Shown here: one piece after another, positions 20,143 to 32,399 of the stretch | Layout: each line of letters begins with the position of its first letter | Numbering within the stretch: the stretch's first letter is position 1 | Source: Octopus bimaculoides | Taxonomy: Eukaryota | Reading direction: 5' to 3' | Assembly: GCF_001194135.2 (NCBI RefSeq) | Contig: NC_069001.1 | Span: 38,607,573-38,640,523 of the forward strand | Length of the DNA stretch: 32,951 nt | Translations under genes and position numbers: made by a program | Notes under the pieces: generated by a model | What the model was told of the DNA's origin: nothing | Databases searched by the model: none | Seen by the model: only the letters and a program-made list of their open reading frames with translations

Positions 20143-20393
20143 AACAGATACATGTATGTAGGTGTAAGCATTGATATATATATGTAAGTAAGTCTGCATG
20201 CTGAAATAGATGTGTGTGTTCACGGAAGTATATATATATGTATATGTATGCAGGTGTGTTCATTGATGTGTGCGTGTGTCAGAAGAGATGCATGTGTGTG
20301 CTTGTGGGAGTGTTGAAATAGTTTTATGTATATCGAATACACACACGCACACATATCAAAAGAATAAGGCGGGTATCAAAATCAACAAAATCA

Positions 20394-20452
<59 letters not shown>

Positions 20453-20779
20453 CTATGTGTGTGTGCGTGTGTGTGTGCGTGTTTAGTTACAAAGTCCATC
20501 CACAATCGCATGGTTGCCAGGCTCAATCAGAACCTGATTTTTTACTTTTAAATCCTTGCCGCTGCCCCACCTCTACCCACCCTTATACCACCACCACCCC
20601 CAACCTGGCCAGAAATTGTTCTGTGACAACACAAAATCAACTCCTTTAAATCTCAACAGACGGCCTCAACTTTTGTATCAAAAAATTTGGTTCCTGGTTT
20701 GTCGTTTACAGAAACAAAACTTACTCAAAGAGCTGGAAACAAAATGCTACAGAATATTTTGTTCTGACATGGAATAAGT

Positions 20780-21005
20780 AAAGACGACATCAGCAAGGCT
20801 TGAACTCAGAACATTGGGCTCAAACGAACAACGAAATTTGTCTCCTTGAAATCACCTCATCTTACATTGGCAGTTTATTTTAGCAATTCAAGAATAAAAA
20901 GCATAGAGGATCAGGACAAGATTTGAACTCAGGCTGTAAAGGTCCAGGGCGGCTTAAACACCACCAGGTGTTTAAGGTTAGGCGCTCTAACAATTCCTCA
21001 ATCTA
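20780..21005 (-). mobile_element. Two diverged SINE A head fragments
   Basis: cttgaactcagaac and tttgaactcaggc are inverted B-boxes; gcgctctaacaattc is an inverted head. Confidence 0.5.
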
Positions 21006-21852
21006 ACACTTTTATTAAGAATGTACAAATTTACTAATTAATCAAGCCAATTAAGCTGATTATTTGATTAGCTATTGAAAGAACTGTTGTGTTTAATACA
21101 GTAAATAAAGATTATTTGAAGAACAAACATTCCTGTGAATGGAATCGGTCGTTATGGGACGATAAAGCTACAGTGAACAACGGAGAAGAAATGGAGGAAG
21201 AGGGGAGAGGGTGGGGGAGGAGGTGGGGGAGAGGGTATGTAGGTAAACAGGAATGTCTTCAACTTCCTTCCAGGTGGAAGTAGTTCCCAGACACCTTAAC
21301 GAAGAAAACGGCACGAGTAATTAAATATACCTTATACAACAAATAAACAAATAAAACCATTTTGAAGTTAACAGAGGAATAATTATAAGAGGTGGTGGTG
21401 ATGGTGGTGTTGATGGTATGGGTAGTGGTGGTGGTAGTAGTAGTACTGGTGGTGTAGGTGGTGGTGGTAGCAGTGGTAGGAAACAATTATATATAACTTT
21501 GACAAATATGGCATTAAGGAAACAGATTATTTTAGACAGTGAAATGGAGCAGATTCCACCCCCACCTACCCCCACCCCAACTGTTCTGGTAGATAAATAC
21601 ATACCGGACACATCCAAAAGTCATAGGTTCAATTTCCGACAGTCATTCACTGTTCTATTTATTTTCTTCTTTTTTTTCTACGTTTTATATAAACAGGACC
21701 AACAACAGCTTTGAATAAATAAATTAGCAGATTTATTGAGTACCACTTCTCCCATTTGTTTAATCAAATGGATATCACCACATTGGACAAAAGGTGCTGT
21801 GGGACCCAGCGTGGAAAGACAGACATCCACACGCACACACACACACTTATAT

Positions 21853-21960
21853 AAGTGTGGTAAGAAGTTTGCTTTACAATCACATGGTTCCAGGTTCAAT
21901 CTCACTGTGTGGTACCTTGGGCCAGTGTTTTCTATTGTAGCCTCAGACTGACCAAAGCTG
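21853..21960 (+). mobile_element. SINE family D 5' part
   Basis: gtgtggtaagaagtttgct...ggttcaatctcactgtgtggtaccttgggccagtg (B-box followed by a CORE-like ccttggg motif). Confidence 0.75.
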
Positions 21961-22027
21961 TGCGTGTGTATGTGTGTACACCAGGGACATATGATGGCTG
22001 TTCTCACAGAGTGTGTCACTGTTTTAA

Positions 22028-22214
22028 CCCTTTTGTTACCATATTTCTGGTGAGATGCTATAACAAAAGAATTTAATAAAATAACTTCGTTATCGTTAAG
22101 CTAGTGTTAGGAACATAAATTGTGACTAAGGTTTGGTGGAAGATTTTAAAAGCTTTTGAAAGGAAGATACTACAGAACCAGAAGCGGTTTCTGGCGGGGT
22201 TGGTATCAAAAGGG
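22028..22214. mobile_element. piggyBac-type MITE, 187 bp, with intact TTAA TSD
   Basis: TTAA(22024-22027)-CCCTTTTGTTACCA ... TGGTATCAAAAGGG-TTAA(22215-22218); TIRs match 13/14. Confidence 0.9.
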
Positions 22215-22869
22215 TTAAAACCTGTCACTCTGCTATAAATATTACTCAAAAATAAATATTCAAATTTTTAGGCTATGTCTATCTATAATACATCTAGAAC
22301 TTGGCTTGGGATTCAGAGAGTCTTTTATCAGATTTTAAAATAAATAATAACCACTGCAAGAACAGAATTATGAAAAAAATTTACAGTCTTTGGTGGTTGA
22401 GTAACCCTCAGTAACACACCTAGGATGAACACTTTGGTATCCTTATTCCTCACCACAATTTGATGACAGAAACCAATGTTCTCTGCCTAAAAATTTACTC
22501 CGAATCAGTTTCATGACATAATGATATTGGCATAGAGGAATGGATATAGAAAGTGAGTTAGGGTTATTTAGCTGTTGTTCTGGTTGTTGAGGAAGTGAAT
22601 GTGACAAAACCAAGTGAGAGAAGCTCTGTCTAAGTGAGGGATTTGTTGTTGGTTAGACCTTGGTCTAACAAGATAGGAGAGTTCTATGATCAATGGAGGG
22701 TTCTCAGAAGTACAATCGGCATGAAGACTGAAGAGTTCAACAGCTCAGACCCCTGTCCTTCATCAGAAAAGGACTGAGTAAATAGGGTCATTATGATTAC
22801 GGGTCAACGAATGAAACACAAACAATGCTAAGAATTCGCTTCCTCTGTCCCAACAACCAAACTTCTACA

Positions 22870-23060
22870 AATTCTTCCGCAGGCCAATTCTTGCTGACAC
22901 AGATCATCACTAGGCTCCCCTCAGATTAAATAAAGCCACTCCAACAATGACCACCTTGTCTCTCTCTCTGTTAGGCAAGCATATCCCAGATGACACTATG
23001 TAACGTGGCCCTTTTTTTTATAAGAAGATGTGAAGGGATATTTGAATGAAGTAGCAGTTG
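22870..23060 (-). mobile_element. Diverged family F copy
   Basis: ccactccaacaatgaccaccttgtctc...aggcaagcatatcccaga is the inverse of the F core. Confidence 0.45.
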
Positions 23061-23154
23061 GTGTTGTGGTTAATTTGAATAAAAGGATCTCAAGTTCCAA
23101 TCCTAGCTAAACCTCATCCAAAGACAAAACACGCACACAGATATACATACACAC

Positions 23155-23205
<51 letters not shown>

Positions 23206-23430
23206 GAGAGAGAGGGAGAAAGAAGGAGAATGAAATGTGTAGGCAACTGATAGTAAACCAGCTTCCTTCCTCAACCACTTAACATCAGTTTGGCTTCACC
23301 CACAACAATCTGCTCTTTTTAAATGTGTGTTCCTTCCTTCCATGGGTCTATACACACACACACACATTCATGCACACATATAGACTTATGTATATATAAT
23401 TTACTTGTTTATACAAAAATATACATTCAC

Positions 23431-23495
<65 letters not shown>

Positions 23496-24059
23496 TTAAT
23501 ATTTCATATGATGAGAGACGAAATGGGTCATCTTTAAAAGACAGAAATTTCAACAGTTTTTGCCTCTACAGCTTGCCCCCACAACTGTGCCTGTCCCTGG
23601 TAACAGGGGTCTATTACAGCTCCATCTTACATAGTCTGTATCTTGTAATACAATGTTGTTGTCCTAGCTCCCTACTCTGTCATAAACTCGGGTCATTCAA
23701 GAGCCTGTCAGTGACTTCCTAGCAGGGGTAGGAGGCAATGAATATAGTACCAGTGATATACTGGGGGCCAGCAATTTAAGCTAAATGTTCACTAAAACAC
23801 TTGTCCCCCCCTCCCCATTGCTTCACACTGCCACCTGGTGACAAACTTAGAAACTATCTTTAGAAATATGCCTTATTAGTACTACAGCATAATTAGTAGT
23901 GGAGGGGAGTGGTAGTGATGGTGGTGGTGGTGGTAGAATAATTAAAACTGTTAAATTAACATAAATTAACATAAATGATGCATGGAATTATGAATGTTGT
24001 TACTGTTGTTGTTGTTGCTGTAGTAATGACATCATAATGAGTTATTAAATGTCTCATAA

Positions 24060-24480
24060 GTCATCATGACTCCTCCACCATCTCCCAACCAGCCACGACC
24101 ACCACCACTAACATCACTCCACAACCTAGCTCCCCCACCACCATCATCGTTGTCACCACTACAGAAACATAGTTTGATTTCTCCTCATCTGAGTCTTGTG
24201 GTTGGCATCATTAGCAATCATCATCATCATCATCATCACAATTATCAGCACCACCACAACTGCCAACTTCACCACTACCCCACCACCATCATCAACAACA
24301 ACAACAATTGTTCCAAGTCTGTCTGTGTGTCTGTCTGTATAATCCGGTCACAGTCTCACTGGACCACAATTTACATGTCTGAAAAAAAAAATCATTCAGT
24401 GTTTGTATCTCGTGAGATGACTATGTATCTTTATTATGACTATTATGATTGTTGTTGTTGTTGTTGCTGTTGTTAATTAT
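24060..24480. repeat. Low-complexity (CAC/CAT/AAC/GTT)n region
   Basis: Mixed trinucleotide runs; source of the 136-aa ORF in the track. Confidence 0.85.
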
Positions 24481-24692
24481 TGATATTAACAATGTTATTA
24501 CTAATAATAAATTCATAATAAGTATTGCACCAGAGAAAATGTCCTCCTCTTAGTACGAATTGAGTTTGCAGCCCAGGTCAGTAGAACAAAGTACCAGTCA
24601 TTTACTGATGTCAATATAATAAATTATAAACATGCAACAATGAATTGATAGAATCAGTAGAGCATCAAACAAAATATTTTGTTATATGGACT

Positions 24693-24899
24693 CATAGGGC
24701 TGGTTTCTCGGTTTCTGTGCTGTGTGTATATCCCCACCTGGACGAGACGCCAGTCCTTCGCAGGATTAACTCATTTTTGACAGCTGAGCAGACAGGAGCA
24801 ACATGAGAACACAATGCGTCGCCCGGTCCAGGAATCGAAACCACAATCTTACAATCATGAGTTCAACACCCCTTAACCACTCAGCCACGCGCCTCCACT
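24693..24899 (-). mobile_element. SINE family E, inverted, CpG-retaining (relatively young)
   Basis: ggacgagacgccagtcc...gaacacaatgcgtcgcccggtccaggaatcgaaaccac...taaccactcagccacgcgcctccac. Confidence 0.8.
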
Positions 24900-25129
24900 T
24901 TGGCATGGTTCCTACGGGGCAATGCCCCTCCTAACACCAACCACTTGCCAGTATGGAATGGGTGCTTCTTTTCATGCTGCAAACACCAGTGTTTATTTTG
25001 TACACTGCCAGGTGGGTGGAGGGGACGGACGGCTGTGGGTGGGGTAACATCAGGGTGGGTGGCTGTAGGTAGATGAAGAGTAATCAAGAGTTGTCGTAGC
25101 AGCAACAGAGTAGAGGGAGGAGTTGACAA

Positions 25130-25285
25130 GCAAGCATCAACGGGGTTGTTCAACCGGTTAAAAGTAGCAGCCAACTCTCCCTCAGATGACACCTTAATGT
25201 CTTTGAAAAGGGCAAGGTGAACAACGGAGTGCCAGGTTTCCATGCATAGAGAAAGACAGGATGGTCACGGATGGAATGGCTCAGT
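25130..25285 (+). mobile_element. Family F copy
   Basis: aaagtagcagccaactctccctcaga...gacaggatggtcacggatggaatg. Confidence 0.65.
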
Positions 25286-25501
25286 GGGGATCATAAACCT
25301 GGTGGATCACAACTGACCTGGGGTTCTTTAGAGACATCACATCCCATCTTCTTGATTCAGATCCCCCCTCTTCCCCCCTCCCTAGATGTACAACCCTGGC
25401 ACACTTATATCCACTGTTGATGACATCAGGTAACTGAACACAGTAAACATGCTTTCAACAGCATGGAGACCAGGTGGAGACCCAAATTTTAAAATTATTA
25501 C

Positions 25502-25543
<42 letters not shown>

Positions 25544-26116
25544 NNNNNNNNNNNNNNNNNNNNNNNNNNNNNNNNNNNNNNNNNNNNNNNNNNNNNNNNN
25601 NNNNNNNNNNNNNNNNNNNNNNNNNNNNNNNNNNNNNNNNNNNNNNNNNNNNNNNNNNNNNNNNNNNNNNNNNNNNNNNNNNNNNNNNNNNNNNNNNNNN
25701 NNNNNNNNNNNNNNNNNNNNNNNNNNNNNNNNNNNNNNNNNNNNNNNNNNNNNNNNNNNNNNNNNNNNNNNNNNNNNNNNNNNNNNNNNNNNNNNNNNNN
25801 NNNNNNNNNNNNNNNNNNNNNNNNNNNNNNNNNNNNNNNNNNNNNNNNNNNNNNNNNNNNNNNNNNNNNNNNNNNNNNNNNNNNNNNNNNNNNNNNNNNN
25901 NNNNNNNNNNNNNNNNNNNNNNNNNNNNNNNNNNNNNNNNNNNNNNNNNNNNNNNNNNNNNNNNNNNNNNNNNNNNNNNNNNNNNNNNNNNNNNNNNNNN
26001 NNNNNNNNNNNNNNNNNNNNNNNNNNNNNNNNNNNNNNNNNNNNNNNNNNNNNNNNNNNNNNNNNNNNNNNNNNNNNNNNNNNNNNNNNNNNNNNNNNNN
26101 NNNNNNNNNNNNNNNN
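25544..26116. other. Assembly gap (N) flanked by (TA)n on both sides
   Basis: 573 N. Confidence 1.
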
Positions 26117-26169
<53 letters not shown>

Positions 26170-26496
26170 CATACATGGACATTTATGCACATGTACACAC
26201 ACTCACATATATAATGTCCAACTGATGCCAGCATGGAATACAGATGCTACAATGATGATGATACATTCACATATACACATGCATACACACACACATACAC
26301 ACACACGTGTACATTATATAAATATAAATATATACATGTGTGTGTGTGTGTGTGTGTTTGTTTGACTGAATCAGAGAGAAAGAAAGACTAAAGACTGGAT
26401 GAAGCAGAAGATACAGCCCACCCCACCCCTCTCTCTGTATTTCACTGTGAGAGAGAGAGAGAGAGAGAGAGAGACTGAAGAATGGATGCAGTAGGC

Positions 26497-26520
26497 TACA
26501 CGCGCGCGCGCGCGCGTGCG
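26497..26520. repeat. Alternating purine-pyrimidine tract containing (CG)8
   Basis: tacacgcgcgcgcgcgcgcgtgcg. Confidence 0.95.
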
Positions 26521-26849
26521 GCCAGATATTCAACATTCATTGCAACATGGCAGTAGCAGTAGAAAATATTGGTAATCTCACTTTTATGGCCATGAAGAAG
26601 AGGAAAAGTAGAGGAGATGTTTGTAGAATTTTAGTCCAAAGACTGCAGCTTGGCGGCAGCGTATTATATTATTGGCATTTAGTGTTCCATAGCTCATAGC
26701 ATCAATAAACACTAAGTGACCCTCTCCTGGGGATTGAACTCAAAGAAGAAGCGAAAAAAATAACAGGATAATAACAATAATAATAATAATGATAATAATA
26801 ATAATAATGATATTGTACTGAGATATCAGTAAATGTGAAGTCCCTATGG

Positions 26850-26989
26850 TATAACTAGTGTGTGCATGTGTGTGTGTGTGCAAATGTGTATGTGTGCGAA
26901 CATGTGGGTAACAATAATATCCACACATATACACAGTAACTAACATGCATTTGCACACATGTGTATGTGTTTATATTTATACACATTTC

Positions 26990-27025
<36 letters not shown>

Positions 27026-27576
27026 CAACTGGCATATACTTGTGTGCGTGTATATATGTGCATGTGTACACACAGTAATGTGTGTGTGTTGAATATGTGC
27101 ATGTACAAATGTATATACATATTTACATGTGTTTGTATAAATGCATATATAGATATATAAGTGTGTGTGTGTGTATACACATGACCATATATGGTGTACA
27201 CACAATATTTACTCCAGTCAATCAAATGTCAGAATGGAGAAGAATTGGCCAGTCATGAAACAATGTCTCAACTGGTCTACAACTGTTTCTACACTCACAA
27301 CAGTGTGTATACACAAACACACATATGGTTGTGTGTTTGTATATATTACATACGTGTGCCAATATATATATACATACACATAGAGAGAGAGAGGGGAGGA
27401 GAGAGAGAGGGGAGGAGAGAGAGAGGGGAGGAGAGAGAGAGGGGAGGAGAGAGAGAAAGAGGTGTATATATAAATGTGTTTATGTAAGCATATATACTGA
27501 TAGAGAGATATGTCTGTGTATATACAGATACATATATAGAGAGAGAACGAGAGAGAGAAAGAAAGAGAAGTGTGCA

Positions 27577-27626
<50 letters not shown>

Positions 27627-27660
27627 TATCTACATGTGTTTGTGTGTGTGTGTGTACAGT
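26850..27660. repeat. Large compound TG/CA/TA/GA microsatellite region
   Basis: Read directly; source of many overlapping ORFs in the track. Confidence 0.9.
27382..27456 (+). repeat. 16-bp polypurine tandem repeat, four copies (GGGGAGGAGAGAGAGA)
   Basis: GGGG tracts start at 27393, 27409, 27425 and 27441. Confidence 0.95.
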
Positions 27661-27781
27661 AGCAGCATCGTATTGTACCAAGATACCATAGTATAATGAT
27701 AGTGTAGTAGCAGTATAATATACAATAGTATGGTATAGTATAGCCACTACATAGTATACCAACACTATAGTATTGACTCTT

Positions 27782-27835
<54 letters not shown>

Positions 27836-27934
27836 CGTGTGTCTGAGTGAATGTGTTTGTGGCCTTTTGAACGAGAGACAGTGTCAGTCGGTCAACAGAT
27901 AAACCGACAAATTGCTCTGGTCAACAAGGGAACC

Positions 27935-28180
27935 ACTAGGGGGGTGCTAGAAATAGCAGCTGGTTCTTCTTCATATCACACCTGACCTTCTTAACTAATG
28001 AACTAACTCCTCATTAGATAATGCAGTCCAAGGATAGGATGATTACTGAGAGAATGGACGAATACCTTTGATCAGAGATGAAAGATAAACACGAAGGAAG
28101 GACTCATTAGATAATGCAATCTAGATACACCGTGTCTGAATTAAAGATGGGATGGTCACAGCCGGAACACCTTTTATCCT
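27935..28180 (+). mobile_element. Family F composite (two overlapping fragments)
   Basis: gctagaaatagcagc head; ctcattagataatgca occurs twice; ends gatgggatggtcacagccggaac. Confidence 0.65.
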
Positions 28181-28311
28181 TTGCTTACAACAAAATATTT
28201 TAAAACCTGATGGGTGTGCCATTGCCATATTTTGCATCGCTACATTGCGCCACAGACTGAAACAGGTTTAAAAACCAGTGACATAGAATGCACAATAGAA
28301 GTTAAATACCA

Positions 28312-28435
28312 TTGGCGCCAGATGGGCAGAATCGGTAGAGCATCAAATGAAATGACCTAAAATGTGTGTCTTGGCCCTTTGAGTTGGGAGTTTATATCCT
28401 GCTGAAGCCAACTATAATTTCATTCTTCTTCCTTT
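28312..28435 (+). mobile_element. Diverged SINE A head
   Basis: gggcagaatcggtagagcatc...ttttcattcttc. Confidence 0.45.
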
Positions 28436-28934
28436 CGTCATAAATGACCATGGCTGATGAAGGTTCAATTTGTCTACCGGAAGTATAGGGAGTTCGATAT
28501 GACCCAACCATTGGCAGAATGGTATGGAGGACAGATCATTGACCACGCAGTATGTCTCCTTTTTCCACATCACTGATGGATCCAAAACGACAGCACAGTT
28601 AAAACAATTTGACCACCAGCATCATCTTAATATTTACCAGAACAAAGTTGCACATAACATCGAACTATGTCTAGGGTTCCAATTCCCAATTTTCCCCTCA
28701 GGGATTATTGCTGAAGTGTTTCCCATGGCTGAGGATGGCCACAAAGCAGCAGAGGTTTAGAATCTGGGCTTTGCTTCCAGTGTGGTACTGATGTTGATAT
28801 TAGTTTTCTTCAAAGAAGAAGCTCCAGTTGGACATTTAAAAAAAATCTACTGAATGTTGCTTGTGTTTCAAGAGTGGAGGAGAGTGTAAACCAAAACAAC
28901 CCACATCGAGTAAGCCAAAGCATTTTTATTTTTG

Positions 28935-29300
28935 GGGAAGGCTGCTTCTCAGGCACATGGCTTTCTGTTCAGTCTCATTGTGCAACGCACTGAACAAATG
29001 TCTTTTGCTACGGTTCTAAGCTGACCAAAGCCTTGTAAGTTCATAGGGGGGAAACTGAAAGAAGCTTGCTCTCTATAGTGGTGTGTGTGTCTGTCTACAT
29101 TTTTACACACTACAAGCATTGCTTGTTGGTGCTGTCACTTCTCTTCTCAACAACTTGTCCCCTTGCTTTGCACTTTCATAAACATGTGAAGAAATATGAG
29201 CTCCCTTACTTAAAAGAACAGGTAAGGGTTAACAACAGGAAAAGCATCCAGTTGTAAAACAATTTCTCAGTAATATATTCATCTCACACAAGCAAGTATA
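28935..29300 (+). mobile_element. SINE family D with C-type tail
   Basis: cacatggctttctgttcagtctc...gctgaccaaagccttgt...aaactgaaagaagc...acaggaaaagcatccagttgtaaaac. Confidence 0.7.
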
Positions 29301-29329
29301 AAAAAAATGAATCCCTATTTTGTTTGTCA

Positions 29330-29513
29330 AACATTCACTTGTGTTGAATTATGTAAAACGTTTGAACAAGAAATTTAGCTGTTTCTTGCAAAAAACATCA
29401 AAATCAAAACCTTTTTGTGTGGGCCCTTCATATATGACTGTGGATTCCAAATTTACTATTTTGCTTGCATGGATCCCCAAAAATCTTATATGGACTCCAG
29501 CTGAGAACCACTG
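29330..29513 (-). mobile_element. One end of the hAT MITE family seen at 16495
   Basis: Ends gctgagaaccactg; aatcttatatggactc is homologous to ggtcccatataggatttt. Another TIR-like start, cagcagttcttgacc, lies near 29974. Confidence 0.6.
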
Positions 29514-29649
29514 ATTTAAATTAAAGCCTTCCTTCAAAATTTCAAACACCATCTTAAAAATGACAAAATTGTTCGTTATTTTCAAAATTAATTAAAACCA
29601 AGGCAATGAATTACAACAGAAATATTGTAACAAAATGGTTAAGAACTGC

Positions 29650-29770
29650 AAACTGTTGAACCTTAACTCCATGTCTAAGATGATCCAATAGACACAGAAT
29701 CAAAGACGTTCCAGTTATGGCCATCCCCTCTTTCTTCAGACATAATCTATCAAAGACTACATTACACAAT
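29650..29770 (-). mobile_element. Family F fragment
   Basis: atcaaagacgttccagttatggccatccc...ttcagacata...gactacatt. Confidence 0.55.
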
Positions 29771-30279
29771 GTGATATTATTACAGCAATTAGTGACTAAA
29801 ACTTAATTTTGTTTAACCACGGGTCATTTTCCATTGATGTTCCAACCTTGACTCTCCCCATCAATTTTATGTCTAAGACTTTGTTAAGTATGTCCTTCCT
29901 TGTTTAAGATAGTTGTGTGTGATTTGTGACAAATGTGACTGTCGTTTCTAAGAGGCCAACAATCCACATAGAGCAGCAGTTCTTGACCCTAAGGGTCAAC
30001 ACCGACACTTGGTCACCATAAAATTCTGAAAGGATCACAAAGATAAAATACAAAATGTTTATGTTACACACAACATATGGTAGACAGGCATAATGGCCAC
30101 AACACAGCATTTACTATAAACAAAAACCAGGGACTATTTCTCCAAGAAAATCCATAAAATGTCAAGGGCTAGGGTTATATATATATAGTACACACACATG
30201 AGGTACTATATTCATATCACAGAGTACCACAGTGCTTACACAAAACACACAAGAAAATGACACTCTCAGACGACAAAGG

Positions 30280-31625
30280 GCAAGAATTTTGAAGTAAGGC
30301 TTAGTCAATTCAATTAACCCACAGTAGTCCCCTGGAATATATTCTTATCGACCTGGTGGGATTTGAACCCATAAAAGGGACATAACTAAAGACATCCAAG
30401 TCGCTAGATAGAGACCTTAACCTGAGTGAGACAGTGAACCTATTACTTATATAGCTAGCTTTTAATAATCCTTTCTACGAAAGGCACAAGGGAGAGGGGA
30501 CCAGTCGATTACATCGACCCCAGCCTTTCACTGGTACTTAATTTATCGACCCCCAAAAGGATGAAAGGCAAAGTCGACCTCAGTGGAATTTGAACTCAGA
30601 ACACAGTGACGAGTGACATACTGCTAAGCATTTCGTCCAGTGAGCTAACGATTGCTGCCTGGCACAAAGCCAGCAATTCAGGATGAGTGGGGTCAAGTTG
30701 ATGCAATCAACCCCAGTACATGGCAGGTACTTATTTTATTGACCTCAAAAGATGAAAGACAAAGTTGACCTTGACAGAATTTTAACTTAGAATACAAAGA
30801 CGGCTTAGCAGCATTTTGGCCCAGCGAAATAACAATTCAGCCATTGTGTGGCCTTAATAATAATTATTTCAAATTTTGGCCACAAGGACAGCTTGGGGGA
30901 GGTGGGGATGAGTCGATTACATCGACCCCCAGTGTTCAACTGGTACTAATTTTATAAACCTCAAAAGGATGAAAGGCAAAGTCGACCTCAGTGGAATTTG
31001 AACCCAGAATGTAAGGACAGAAGAAATACTGCTTAAGCATTTCATCCAACATTGCTAAGGATTCTGCCAGCTCACCACCTCAATAATAATAATAATAATA
31101 ATCGTTTCTACTAAAGGCATAAGGCCTGACAATAAGTACCAGTGGAGCACTGGGGTCGATTACATCGACCCCAGTGGTCTACTAGTCCTTATTTCATTGA
31201 CCCCCATAAGAATGAAAAGCAAAGTGGAATTTGAACTCAGAACGTAAGGATGGACAAAATGCTTTGCAGATTCTGCCAATAATAATAATGAGGTTTTTTT
31301 TTTGGCCACAAGGGCCCAAGACATCGAGGACAATATACAACACAGTAATAACAATAATAATTCTGGAATTTTGAGGGGAGGGGCTAGTCTATTAGATCAA
31401 GTCCAGTGTGCAGTGCAACTGGTATTTATTTTATTGACTCAAAAGAATAAAGGGCAAATTTAACCTGGGCGAGATTCGAACTTAGAACATGAAGAACTGT
31501 AACTGAGCTCGCAAAACTACAAACTTTGGCGGGGGTGAGGGATATAATCGATAAAAATAAACCTCAGTATTACTAACAGTAAATCGTTTGATCGATTCAA
31601 GGAGATGAAAGACAAAGTCAAACAA
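30280..31625 (-). mobile_element. Array of about seven co-oriented SINE family A copies
   Basis: Recurring gattacatcgacccc, aaggatgaaaggcaaagtcgacct and ggaatttgaac(t/c)cagaa. Copies at about 30280-30370, 30463-30660, 30660-30855, 30866-31080, 31103-31278, 31295-31510 and 31520-31625, several separated by (AAT)n. Confidence 0.9.
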
Positions 31626-31816
31626 CGATTTGAAAAAAAAAAGAAAAGAAAAATATTATTATTTAACGCTTTATGAAAGGGTGGCGTCAGAGAATATAAC
31701 CGGGTAGACGTTGAATGGTTAAGATATATAAAAAGAAGACAGCCAAACTAGTCGGGGTAGATATGGTTGTGGTAGAGGCGGGTGAGCGACTATCTTATAT
31801 AACCAACACGACAAGC

Positions 31817-31908
31817 NNNNNNNNNNNNNNNNNNNNNNNNNNNNNNNNNNNNNNNNNNNNNNNNNNNNNNNNNNNNNNNNNNNNNNNNNNNNNNNNNNNN
31901 NNNNNNNN
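31817..31908. other. Assembly gap (N)
   Basis: 92 N. Confidence 1.
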
Positions 31909-32399
31909 AGAGAAGTAGAAGTATGGGGGAGAGGGGGGTAGGGATGTTCTTTGACACATGTGTACTGTTAACAAATGTTATGAGATAGAGAATGAGACTA
32001 AACGCGAGGAGGAGGAGGAGAAGAGAGAGTGAAAGAATAAGGAGGGGGGTTTAATGCTGCATTGACAGTCGGGGGAGTGGGGAGTCTCACTACGTAGTAT
32101 ATAGCAGTAGTAGTAGTAGTAGCTGCAGTCGCTGGTTGTATGTAGATTGTAGTGGTAATGTGTGTGTGTGTCTCTCTCTCTGCTTCTCATTCTACAGAAC
32201 CTAACCCTTTTTGAAACAGAACCTGTTTTAACTCATTTCAACCATCCCCATTAACGTTCTTTCAAGTACCCCTGCTCTTTCCCTTTGTGTATACTGTGTG
32301 TGTGTATGTGTATTTAGAATCACAGGTCAGGAACAATAATAGAAAGTTGAATGAAACAGATAAACACACACATATATAGGTGTGTGTGTGTATAGTTTT

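Noticed and set aside
20953-20976. 10-bp perfect stem cttaaacacc/ggtgtttaag (a similar 8-bp stem lies near 22654)
   Set aside because: Too short to distinguish from chance or local template switching.
28196-28273. CTGATGG...GAAAC-AG-GTT hammerhead-like string
   Set aside because: There is no stem I or clean stem II; it is better explained by a short aaacctg/caggttt inverted repeat.
28454-28490. CTGATGAA-GGT...ACC-GGAAG
   Set aside because: The GAAAC box has two substitutions and no helix III or cleavage triplet follows.
32161-32330. Plus-strand acceptor ctcattctacag| at 32197
   Set aside because: The pyrimidine tract is a CT microsatellite, only a weak donor follows and the sequence is not coding; such sites arise often by chance here.
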